DNA from: Malacoraja senta
Taxonomy: Eukaryota
Assembly: GCA_038087875.1 (NCBI GenBank)
Contig: CM075988.1
Coordinates: 21,392,001-21,456,000 of the forward strand
DNA: 64,000 nt
Direction: 5' to 3'
The notes below the pieces were generated by a model. The model did no database searches. It was not told the origin of the DNA and saw only the letters and a program-made list of their open reading frames with translations. Made by a program: the position numbers and the translations under genes. Shown piece after piece: positions 37,704-48,498 of this stretch; the first letter of the stretch is position 1, and every line of letters begins with the position of its first letter.

Positions 37704-38025
37704 TTAGAATGAACTCAATTTCTCCGCAGCCCTCAGTGTCGGGTAATTGCATGGAGATATTGGTACTGCGGTATTGACTCTTGGTGTTTGGCAACTTGGA
37801 CGGCATCTATGCAATCAAAACTTGGTGGGGCCGATAAACATTTGTAATTATCAGATTTGGGAGAGCTAAATTGGGACTTTATATTCAACCATCAGCAAAT
37901 GACTGCTCTCTGGATGCATAATTCCATTTGTGGCTTCACATCCACTTGCATTTCCAACTCATAGAGTCATACAGCATGGAATCTGACCCTTCAACCAACG
38001 TGCCCACTCCGCCCAACATGTCCCA

Positions 38026-39123
38026 TCTATCTATCTATATGTAACTAAAACTCTAATCTTGTTACCTTCCGGGTTGGCGGTCATTCTATTTGCGCAAGAA
38101 CGATTCGCGATAGCGCTACGTTTTTCCGCCAGTTCACTCACCGTTCTCCTGCGCTGCGAGTGCGCCAGGTTTCGTTCCGATCGGTTGAATGTCATCAAAG
38201 TTAGCGAGGTTTGAAAAATCTTTTAAAAACCGCGCGTGCGCAGATCGATCTCTTCTCCTGCCTTCCAGCGCTGCGCGGATTAGACTCTTCCCCTGTCATT
38301 CCCCGGGACGGCCCGCCCCTTCCTGCGCCATCGCGTCTTTACTGGAAGCGGAGGGACCCGAAGCAGCCCCGCAATGTCGCCAAACGGAAAGCGGAGAGTC
38401 TGATGCCAGCGGAGGAGAGCATCCAGCGCCCGCTGTGGGTCCCAAACGCAACGCCATCGCAACGCCCCGCAGCTCCACCCCTTTCCCCTCTGCTCCCCCT
38501 CGCTGGCTCCTGTCGCCTCCCCAATGATATCCCCCTCTTCCCCCGAGGATAGAGGGAGAGGAGGGGAGTGGGGAGGGAGGGAGTGACTGAGGGGAGGGGA
38601 AAGGAGAGGGAGGGAGAGGTGAGGGAGGGATTTGGGGAGGGGAGGTGGAGAGGGAAAAGAAGAGGGCGGAGGTGAGGAGGGAGAATGGGGTAGGAGGGGG
38701 TATAGAGGGAGAGGAGGGGGGAGCAGAGGAGGGGGGAGTGGGGGAGGTAGGGAGTGGGGAATAGAGTGAGAGGAGGGCAGTGGGGGAGGTGAGGAGGGAT
38801 AGTGGGGGGTTAGGGGGTGAGGAGTGGGGAGATGGGGATAGAGGGATAGGAGAGGGTAGGGAGGGGAGAGGAGTTATGGAGGGAAGGAGGGAGCGACTGA
38901 GGGGAGGGGAAAGGAGAGGAAGAGAGAGGTGAGGGAGGGATTGGGGGAGGGGAGGAGGAGAGGGGAAAGAAGAGGGAGGGTGGAGGATGGGGAGAGAGTG
39001 CTCGGGATGAGGGGAAATGAGCCGCGCCTGTGCAGTTGGGGGCTATGGGTGAGCGGCGGAATATTGCGTTGGGGGACCAAGCCTCCTGTGTGACAGGGAC
39101 CCAAAGGGTCCCACTTAGTCTAG
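38026..39123 (+). mobile_element. Non-autonomous Helitron, copy 2
   Basis: 5' TC and 3' CTAG; inserted A|T in AACATGTCCCA|TCTACACTAG with no TSD; subterminal hairpin GGGACCC-AAA-GGGTCCC. Confidence 0.88.
38545..39000. repeat. Purine-rich G/A low-complexity tract inside Helitron copy 2
   Basis: Repeated GGGAG/GAGG runs. Confidence 0.9.
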
Positions 39124-39491
39124 TCTACACTAGTCCCACCTGTCCACGCTTGGCCCATATCCCTCCAAACCCGTCCTATCCATGTGCCTGTCTATTGCTT
39201 CTAAAAGCAACTGTCGACTAAATATGTAGGAAGGAACTGCAGATGCTGGTTTAAACCGAAGATTGACATGAAAAAGCTGGAGTAACTCAGCGGGACAGGC
39301 AGCATCTCTGGAGAGAAGGAATGGAAAATGTTTCGGGTTGAGACCCTTGTTGGACAATACCCACATTGCATGATGCTATGTCTCTGCAACCCAGCCTTTG
39401 AAACTCAGAGACTTCAGTCTAAAGAACCGAAATGTCACCTCTCCAGAGATGCTGCATGTCCCGCTGAGTTACGCCAGCTTTTCGTGTCTGT

Positions 39492-39519
39492 AAAAAGTCG
39501 CCTAAGTGGGACAGGCCGA
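39492..39519. mobile_element. Solo right end of a Harbinger-like MITE abutting an HE1 SINE head
   Basis: GTCGCCTAAGTGGGACAGGCCGA followed by TAAGGCAGCAACT (reverse complement of the SINE head). Confidence 0.6.
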
Positions 39520-40975
39520 TAAGGCAGCAACTTCACACCGTGCCCTCAATGTATCCAATGTATCTAAAATTGTATTTAAAAACTACATTTAATTTTGCAA
39601 TGAAATGAGAAGATCAAAGAGCTAACGGTTTTAATATATGCAAGTCATGTTGTTTTTTCATCACCAAGTAATCTAATAAAAATGCCTATCATTTCAGCTT
39701 GGGTTTTATGATAAAAGCCAGTGCATTTCAAATCATATAGGAACTGTGCAGATTTTCTTTCATCTGTGACAATCCAAAGCTTTGTCACCAATAGATTTCC
39801 TTGATGGATAAGTGTTTTGTGTTTTGCATGTGGCATGAAAAATAAATATGATATGGATTTGTGTGTTTCGAGACAACAGTGTGTTTTTGGGCTTCAGATG
39901 ATGAAACCAGCCACTTCTGGGCTTTAATGGGATTCTCATGAACTCCTTGAAGTATTTTCATTCCTCGGCTACGATAAAAATTGCAAATTGTCACGCATAT
40001 GTAGGATAGTGTTAATGTGTGGGGATCGCCGGTCGGAGCTGACTCGGTGGGCCGTTGGACCTGTTTCTGTATCTCTAAAACTAAATAAACCAAACATCAA
40101 ATAAATTCCAGCAGGGCCGTTGCATAAACTGGAGAATTCCTGCACAGTGACTCTGCGTCAGGAAGCTCATGTGGAGAGTAGTTTGTGTTTCTGTCGAGAG
40201 AAGGGACATGGGCATTTGGAAAATAGAAGCTTGATCAACCTGGACTTCAAAGAGTTAGGATTAGTGGACTTCAAGGACATTGCATTTCAAAACTAGCACA
40301 TTTGCTTTGTCTGAAATGCTGACATGCATTTGCTAAATGAATAAATATTACAAAATGACGTTTTGGCATATTGTTCTGAGTAGTTTCCAGTATCACCTCT
40401 AATGCCTGGCAGCAGACTTCTGGAAAGTACATTGCTATTAGACATAAAAATAAATCTAGTTGTCTATATTAGGAGGAAGAATTTTTCTTAAGATTTGGAC
40501 TGTGGACGAGATACAAGGTTTTCCTATTTCTGGATGTCGTTGATGCCAACGCCTTAAGATAATTTCAGGAGGAGGTGGATAGAGTGCCGCACTGTGGTGC
40601 AGCAGTAGAGCTGCTGCCTTACAGCGCTAGAGACCCGGGTTCGATCCTGACTACGGGTACTGCCTCTGACTAGCTTGGATCACGTGGGTTGAAGGGTGGC
40701 ACAGTGGTGCAGCAGTAGAGCTGCTGCCTTACAGTTCCAGAGACCCGGGTTCGATCCTGACGACGGGTGCTGTAGGGGTGGGTGATACTACTCCAGCACT
40801 TGGTGTCTATCTTTGGAATAAATAAACCAGCATCTGCAGTTCTTTGTTTCTATGGGTCTGGTAAGTCTCCTCTGCACCTCAAGTGTAATGAGAGGAGATT
40901 AATTTAGCCTGGCATCGTTTGGCATGGACATTGAGGGCTGAAGGGCCTGTTCCTGTGCTGTTCCGTGTTATAGAG

Positions 40976-41220
40976 TTTAAGAAGGAACTGCAGATGCTGG
41001 AAAATCGAAGGTAGACAAAAGTGCTGGAGAAACTCAGCGGGTGCAGCAGCATCTATGGAGCGAAGGAAATAGGCAACGTTTCGGGTCGAAACCCTCACAT
41101 CAGTCTGAAGAAACATCGTCCATTCCTTTTGTCCAGAGATGCTGCCTGTCCCGCTGAGTTTCTCCTTCATTTTGTGTCTATCTTCGTTGTAATCCAGCAT
41201 TTGCAGTTCCTTCCATCACA
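40976..41220. mobile_element. Penelope-end fold-back
   Basis: GTTTAAGAAGGAACTGCAGATGCTGG... paired with ...CCAGCATTTGCAGTTCCTT. Confidence 0.7.
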
Positions 41221-41225
41221 TTTTT

Positions 41226-41612
41226 ACAATAGACAATAGACAATAGACAATAGGTGCAGGAGTAGGCCATTTGGCCCTTCGAGCCAGCACCGCCATTCAA
41301 TGTGATCATGGCTGATCATCCCCAATCAGTACCCTGTTCCTGCCTTCTCCCCATATCCCCTGACTCCGCTATTTTTAAGAGCCCTATCTAGCTCTCTCTT
41401 GAAAGCATCCAGAGAACCGGCCTCCACCGCCCTCTGAGGCAGAGAATTCCACAGACTCACCACTCTCTATGAGAAAAAGTGTTTCCTCGTCTCCGTTCTA
41501 AATGGCTTACTCCTTATTCTTAAACTGTGGCCCCTGGTTCTGGACGCCCCCAACATCGGGAACATGTTTCCTGCCTCTAGCGTGTCCAAGCCCTTAACAA
41601 TCTTATATGTTT
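41226..41612 (-). mobile_element. CR1 3' fragment (subfamily B)
   Basis: Reverse complement of the subfamily B 3' end, with (ACAATAG)n. Confidence 0.85.
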
Positions 41613-42362
41613 ATCAATCTAATACATTTTCCTATTCTGATGAATGGCGTCAACCTGAAATGTTATCTCCGTTTCCCTCTCCGCACCGGCTGCCTGACCC
41701 GCTGCGCATTTCGAGCAGTTCTTGCGTTTTGTTTTGAATTCTTCTCTCTGGAGTAAAATTCACCAGGTTTTCAAAGGGCTTCGAGACACAGTGGCACCAA
41801 CTTGGACCAGGTTTTTGTTGTTAATTAAAGTTGTTTTTTCGATCGCAAAGCTGTGTTCAATGAGCTGATAAGGAAAACAACAATTGAAGAGGCCTCACTG
41901 TTATTTTTGGCGTAAGGCTGAGATATTGAGATTTATTGATATTGATTTCATTTTCTGGCAGAGACTAGTAATGTCAGATGTGCCAAACTATTCAGGTGTA
42001 CAGCAGGCAAGGCCGTTACTGCCTTGCTGTGAAAAATATCCCAATCTTCCATTGTCTTTGGCCTCCTTATCAAAGGTGCACAAATTGCAGCTCGATTCAC
42101 TTTTGGCTCCTTTATCCGGGGGTATATTGCACGAATTGCTCTTTGTTTTATCCATCAATCCACTGCTTTGTTGCTGTTAATCAATTTCAATTTGATTTGC
42201 TCTTATTGTCGGAATAGATGTTGTCATTGGCTGGCCAGTAACTGCTTCATTATTGCTTTTGGAAGGCAAACAAAGCTTCATTGTCAAGAAGCGCCCGTGG
42301 CAGGAATCTTGTCTCTGACACCCTCTTTCCCCAGCCGTGACCACACCTAAAGCGACAGCTAA

Positions 42363-42674
42363 AGGGCCTGTCCCACTGTACGAGCTCATTCAAGAGCTCT
42401 CCCGAGTTTAAAAAAAAAATCAAACTCGTGATAGAATGAACGTAGCGGGTACGTCGGAGCTCGGGGACGTCTCTTAGCGGCTCGTAACGCTAACGGCAGG
42501 TACTTGGGAAACGCGGTAAGCTCGTGAAGACTCGTGAAGATTTTTTCAACATGTTGAAAAATGTCCACGAGAACCCCGAGTACCGACGAGCGGCTATTAC
42601 CGTAATTCTCCGAGATCAAATCAGGGGAAACTCGGGAGAACTCTTGAATTAGCTCGTACAGTGGGACAGGCCCT
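42363..42674. mobile_element. PIF/Harbinger-like MITE, family 1
   Basis: TAA|AGGGCCTGTCCCACTGTACGAGCT...AGCTCGTACAGTGGGACAGGCCCT|TAA; reverse orientation of 1982-2281. Confidence 0.85.
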
Positions 42675-43594
42675 TAAGGAAGGCGCATGAATGCCTGAGA
42701 GACTCTTCCTCGGGAGATGGGCAGAAGATACGGAAGCTTGAAAGCGCGCACAGCCAGACTCAGGAACAGCTTCTTCCCCTCTGCGATCAGGTTTGTAAAT
42801 GGTCCATCCATGAGCGAGGGTACTGTCCAGTTGTCCCCTGCCCCATTGCGGACATTGTACTTGTCCATGGAACTGATGTGTTGAGAACTATGTTCAATTT
42901 CAACGGTTCAATGGTCCCTTATTGTCATGTATGCACTGCACAGGAGGCCGCGGAGAAGCCTGCCTGGGTCGATGGTGCCTGGCGTTGACCGAAGGAGCTT
43001 CGTGGCCTTTGACCCCGTGGCGGCGGTGGGAACTCACGACCGGTGGTGGCGTCTCGTGGGTCGGCGCGCGGATGGCGGTGCGGAGGTTGATGAGGGAGAG
43101 GGGAAAAACACCGTGGGGGGGGGGGGAAGAAGAATGGATGACCCGGCAAGGGGGGAGGGAGAGGGGGTGGGGGAGAACCTAGGAAGAGCAGGCGCGGGAT
43201 ACTCTCTAACTTTGTCAGCGCTGTTCATACGGTGCCTATTTACATACCTTGCGTATGCAAGCAAAGAATTTCACTGTGCCTTGTCACATATAACAATGAA
43301 GCATCATGTCCACTCCAGAGTGAAATTCTTTTTTGCCAAGCTCACACATTCCCCTTTGCTCTATCTATTGCACTTGAGTTTGATTTGATTGTGTTTATAT
43401 ATAGTATTACCAGATCTGTTTGGACAGCATGCAGAACAAAGCTTTCACTGGACCTTGGTACAAGTGACAATAATAAACCCAAACCTCTCTTTTCTGGCAA
43501 GATCTGATCACTTGCAGCATTGTTCTGAGCCATTTTAAATTAAAATGTTAAGAATTCTTTCGGATCCCACTAGATTTTACATTCCATATGTTTT

Positions 43595-43900
43595 TAGTTT
43601 TTTAGTTTAGGTTTTAGTTTTAGATTTAGAGATGCAGCGCGGAAACGGGCCCTTCGGCCCACCAGAGTCCGCACCGACCAGCGATCCCCGCACATTAACA
43701 CACACTGGGGACAATTTACACACACACCAAGCCAATTAACCTACATACCTACGTACGTCTTTGGAGTGTGGGAGGAAATCGAAGATCTCGGAGAAAACCC
43801 ACGCAGGTCACGGGGAGAAGGTACAAACTCCGTACAGACAAGCACCCGTTGTCGGGATCGAACCTGGGTCTCTGAAAGGCAGCAACTCTACCGCTACACC
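43595..43900 (-). mobile_element. HE1-like V-SINE
   Basis: Reverse-complement head, V-domain and tail. Confidence 0.78.
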
Positions 43901-44170
43901 ACTATCTCATGGAATAAGGGGAAAGGCATGAGGGACAGAACTGCCTGCTCCTGATTTTCTACTGACTGTATCTTCTTACAAAATGCTTCACAAACGCATA
44001 GACAACTTGGGCTGTTTGTCCTGCAGCCTCTTTTACCAACACTTGGTTTGTTGGCTTCTAGTGGTCGTCTCCATACTGCCGGCCTCACCCCGGTCACTGC
44101 CTCTTCTCCCCCCTCTCTCCCATCAGGCAAGAAGTATATAAGTGTGAAAACGCACACCTTCATATTCAGG

Positions 44171-44593
44171 TACACAAAAATGCTGGAGAAACTCAGCGGG
44201 TGCAGCAGCATCTATGGAGCGAAGGAAACAGGCAACGTTTCGGCCGAAACCCTTCTTCAGACTGATAGGGGGTGGGGAGAAGATAGGAAAAAAGGCGGAG
44301 AAGGAGCCCGAGGGCTGGGGGAGGGGAGGAGACAACCAGAGGGCTGATGAAGGGGAGCGGACAGCAAGGGCTAGCAGAATTGGGAGAATTCAATGTTCAA
44401 GCCCCCAGGATGTAGACTGCCCAAGCGGAATATGAGGTGCATTTCCTCCAATTTCCGGTGTTGCTCGCTGTGGCCATGGAGGAGACCCAGGACAGAGAGG
44501 TCAGATACAGAATGGGAGGGGGAGTTGAAGTGCTGAGCCACCGGGAGGTCAGGTTGGTTATTGCGGACCGACCGGAGGTGTTCGGCGAAACGA
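44171..44593 (-). mobile_element. Penelope-like 3' fragment with an 11-bp TSD
   Basis: DRFAEHLRSVRNNQPDLPVAQHFN..; TCATATTCAGG at 44160-44170 and 44594-44604, inside a Rex-type fragment. Confidence 0.85.
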
Positions 44594-44961
44594 TCATATT
44601 CAGGGACAGTTTCTTCCCGGCTGTTATCAGGCAACTGAACCATCCTCTCACCAGCTGGAGTGCGGTCCTGACCCTCCCATCTACCTCCAGCAGAGGTGAC
44701 AAAGCATGACTACAATCCAGCCATCCAAAGTGTACAGATACAAGATAGACACAAAAACGCTGGAATAATTCAGCAGGACAGGCAGCATCTCTGGGGAGAA
44801 GGGTCGACCCGAAACGTCACCCATTCCTTCTCCCCAGAGATGCTGCCTGTCTCACTGAGTTACTCCAGCGTTTTGTGTCTATCTTCAGTGTAAACCAGCA
44901 TCTGCAGTTCCTTCCTGCGGACACATGATAACGTGAATAATGTTTGGTGCAAGATAAAGTC

Positions 44962-45101
44962 TTCTTCTTCTTGCGTACGGCGTGCACAGCCTAAAGTTGT
45001 CGGGCAACTTGTTCTATTTGATCTTATTTGATTGTGCACGCCAGGTTGATTGCATTCGTCAAAACAGGGTGGACCACGTGAAGGTTGCGATCTCCCACCC
45101 C
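44962..45101 (-). mobile_element. Tiny ribozyme-headed retroposon, copy B
   Basis: TSD AAGATAAAGTC (44951-44961, 45102-45112); (AAG)n tail; 10-bp 3' stem GGCGTGCACA/TGTGCACGCC. Confidence 0.85.
45048..45101 (-). ncRNA. Minimal HDV/CPEB3-like ribozyme (predicted)
   Basis: Minus strand GGGGUGG-GA-GAUCGCA-ACC-UUCACGU-GGU-CCACCCU-GU-UUUGA-CGAA-UGCAAUC; one C.A mismatch in P2. Confidence 0.78.
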
Positions 45102-45589
45102 AAGATAAAGTCCAGTAAAGTCTGATTAAAGAATAGCTCAAAGGTTCCAATGAGGTAGATGGGAAGTCTGAACCGCACTCTAGCTGATGAGGGAGCCTTG
45201 CAGTTGCCTGATAACAGCTGGGAAGAAACTGTCCCTGAATCTGGAGATGTGCGTTTTCAAACTTCTGTACCTCTTGCCTGATGGGAGTGGGGAGAAGAGG
45301 AGTGAGCGGGGTGAGACTGGTCCGTGATTATGCTGGCAGCCTTGCCGAGGCAGCGTGAAGTGTAGATGGAATCTGAAATTGTTTGCTCCACTGACAAACA
45401 CAAGTGGAATGAAATATCATCTCTCGAATAAATCACGTGGGCAGTGGCCTATTCACAGACTACAACTAAAACATTTAACCGGCGTGTGCTATCATTGCTG
45501 CTTAATGAAAGAGGGTCAATGTTCTGATGCTTGTTGAGACAGTGGATGCCAATTGTATTATATCTTTTATTTTCTGATTGGCTTTAATG

Positions 45590-45860
45590 ACGGGCTGCAC
45601 GCTGGTGTAGCGGTAGAGTTGCTGCCTTACAGCGAATGCAGCGCCAGAGACCCAGGTTCGATCCCGATTACGGGTTCTGTCTGTATGGAGTTTGTACGTT
45701 CTCCCCGTGACCTACGTGGGTTTTCTCCAAGATCTTCGGTTTCCTCCCACACTCCAAAGACGTACAGGTTTGTAGGTTAATTGGCTTGGTGTAAATTGTG
45801 CGGGGATTGTTGGTCGGTGCGGACTCGGATGAAGGGCCTGTTTCCGCGCTGTATCTCGAA
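45590..45860 (+). mobile_element. HE1-like V-SINE
   Basis: Head with B box GGTTCGATCC, V-domain and tail. Confidence 0.8.
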
Positions 45861-46249
45861 ACGGAAAAAAAAAAAGCGAAATGTGGAATGAGTGGTGGAG
45901 CTTTACAGGGGTGGAGCTGACTAATTGACCTGCTTTTTGGGGATTACAATGGTCGGGAGGGTGAGGGTTGTGTCTGGGCTGAGACTGAGGCACTGTGTGA
46001 AGGAGGGGCCTTGGAAAGATGGATACCAATGTAGGGAGTTTGGGCTTTCAAGGGGAATGTAACGACTGCAAATTGCTCACAAGGAACGTAAGAAAGATTT
46101 TTGGCGCTGAATTCTCAAAAGAATGAAGGAGAAATTAATGCCATCTCCGGTTTCCCTGAGCATAGTTTCCTTCAGTTAATAGACAAAAGGGCACAAAGTG
46201 ACTCAGCAGGTCAGGCAGCATCACTGGAGAAAATGGCATGGTGACACGA

Positions 46250-46564
46250 TGGGCGGCACAGTGGTGCAGCTTTAGAGTTGCTGCCTCACAGCACTGGAGA
46301 CCCGGGTTCAATCCTGACTACGGGTGCTGTCTGTACAGAGTTTACACGTTCCTCCCGTGACCGCTTGGGTATCCTCCGAGTGTTCTGGTTTTTCTCTCAC
46401 ACTCCAAAGACATGCTGGTTTGTAGGTTCATTGGCTTCTGTGAATGTAAATTACCCCTAGTGTGTAGGATAGGTCTAATGCTCGGGGTGATCACTGGTCG
46501 GCACGGACTGGGTGGGCCAAAGGGCCTGCTTCCATACTTTATCTCCAAACCTAAAGTCTAAAGT
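46250..46564 (+). mobile_element. HE1-like V-SINE inside a Penelope fold-back (46180-47345)
   Basis: Head, V-domain and (TAAAGTC) tail. Confidence 0.78.
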
Positions 46565-46792
46565 GTTAAAGAAGGAACTGCAGATGCTGTAGGTACACAA
46601 AAATGCTGGAGAAACTCAGCGGGTGCAGCAGCATCTATGGAGCGAAGGAAATAGGCAACGTTTCGGGCCGAAACCCTTCTTCAGACGAAACCCTTCTTCT
46701 GAAGAAGGATTTCGGCCCGAAACGTTGCCTATTTCCTTCGCTCCACAGATGCTGCTGCACCCGCTGAGTTTCTCCAGGCACTTTTGTGTACC
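46565..46792. mobile_element. Near-perfect Penelope-end fold-back with two hammerhead-like cores
   Basis: About 95-bp arms: GGTACACAAAAATGCTGGAG..CTTCTTCAGA / TCTGAAGAAG..TTTTGTGTACC. Confidence 0.8.
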
Positions 46793-47147
46793 GACAGATG
46801 GCGCAATGGGCTAAGTGTTCGGCTGGCAACCGGAAGGTAGCCGGTTCGAATCCCGCTTGGAGTGCATACTGTCGTTGTGTCCTTGGGCAAGACACTTCAC
46901 CCACCTTTGCCTGCGTATGAATGTGTGTGAATGTGTGTGAATGTGTGTGAGTGATCGGTGGTGGTCGGAGGGGCCGTAGGCGCAAATTAGCAGCCACGCT
47001 TCCGTCAGTCTGCCCCAGGGCAGCTGTGGCTACAGAAGTAGCTCACCACCACCGAGTGTGACTGAGGAGTGAATGAATAATGCGATGTAAAGCGCCTTGA
47101 GTATTAGAAAGGCGCTATATAAATCCCATCCATTATTATTATTATTA
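46793..47147 (+). mobile_element. tRNA-derived CORE-SINE with an L2-type tail, copy 1
   Basis: A box TGGCGCAATGG, B box GGTTCGAATCC, CORE-like GTGTCCTTGGGCAAGACACTT, 3' stem AGCGCCTT/AAGGCGCT, (ATT)n tail. Confidence 0.82.
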
Positions 47148-47367
47148 AAGTCTAAAGTGATGTTTTGGGTTGAGATCCTTCTTCAGACTCTGAAGAAGAA
47201 TGAATCTGAAGAAGGGTCTCTCGTCCCCGAAACGTCACGTATCCATGTTCTCCAGAGATGCTGCCTGGCCTGCTGTTTTACTCCAGCACTCTGTGTCCTC
47301 TGTGTATTTAGTGTATTCACCAACATCTGCAGTTCTCTGTTTCTACGGCTTCTTTCAGTTATTGTTA

Positions 47368-47696
47368 TGGGCCTGTCCCACTTAAGCGATTTTTTAGGCA
47401 ACTACAGGCGACTAGTTTGTCGCCACAAGTTCGCTGTTGGTCGCCGGGAGTCGTCTCCTCAGTCGCGCAAAAAGTCGTAGCGTCTTTCTGGTCGCCGATA
47501 AATTTTCAACATGTTGAACATCTTTCGGCGACAGTGTGTTTGGTGCCAATGAGCGTAGCTTGACTTCTCCTGACGTAGGTGCTGGCGTAGGTTGTCGCTA
47601 GGATGACGTAGGTTGCCGCCGGTTTTTCAGCGACCTGCTACGACTATGACAGTCGCCGGCAGTTGCCTAACAAATCGCCTAAGTGAGACAGGCCCA
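47368..47696. mobile_element. PIF/Harbinger-like MITE, family 2 variant
   Basis: TTA|TGGGCCTGTCCCACTTA...TAAGTGAGACAGGCCCA|TTA. Confidence 0.82.
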
Positions 47697-48298
47697 TTAA
47701 ATAAAGTTTGCTAGGATGTGTAGAGGGGTGAGGAAGGTAGGTTGGCAGCACTGATCAAATTAAAAATGGTCCCATTTGATCCTAATTACATTTCTAATTC
47801 AGGGAATAAAGTTTATTCTAAAGCGAAAGAGAAAATGCTGGAAATGATCAGCAGGTCAGGCAACTTCTTGATTGGTACGGGTGTCAGAGGTTGTGGGGAG
47901 AAGGCAGGAGAATGGGGTTAGGAGGGACAGATAGATCAGCCATGATTGATTGGCGGAGTAGACTTGATGGGCCGAATGGCCTAATTCTACTCTTATTCAC
48001 GATGACCTTATATTTTTCTGGATTGTTGATGACCTGTCATTTGAACTGATCTGAAACATTTGCTTTGCTTCACTCTCTCAGGAGTCTGCCAGACCTTCTG
48101 ACTAACGGCTCCTGTGCCTCGTGGCAGTGATAGAGAACTTTCGGGCGAAACCTTCTCTTCGGAAATCCTAAGGGATAGAATTTATGTACATTGAGAAAAG
48201 CAGAGGTGTGATCAGAGATAGTCAGCATGGATCCTTGTGGGAGGAACCCCACCCCCCCCTTCCTGCTCTTTAAATCTGATTGAGTTTTTTGAGGAGGT

Positions 48299-48498
48299 NN
48301 NNNNNNNNNNNNNNNNNNNNNNNNNNNNNNNNNNNNNNNNNNNNNNNNNNNNNNNNNNNNNNNNNNNNNNNNNNNNNNNNNNNNNNNNNNNNNNNNNNNN
48401 NNNNNNNNNNNNNNNNNNNNNNNNNNNNNNNNNNNNNNNNNNNNNNNNNNNNNNNNNNNNNNNNNNNNNNNNNNNNNNNNNNNNNNNNNNNNNNNNNN
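48299..48498. other. Assembly gap (200 N)
   Basis: Run of N; preceded by a decayed CR1 RT fragment (..SC..NLIEFFEE). Confidence 0.99.

Noticed and set aside
42900..43330. GC-rich segment with ORFs
   Set aside because: Ends in a Rex-like tail similar to 8790-8945, so probably a repeat, but its boundaries and family could not be supported.
46793..46866. tRNA gene with a GGC anticodon loop (also 60214)
   Set aside because: No acceptor stem, and it continues into the CORE domain and LINE-type tail, so it is a SINE head. HE1 heads were rejected for the same reason.
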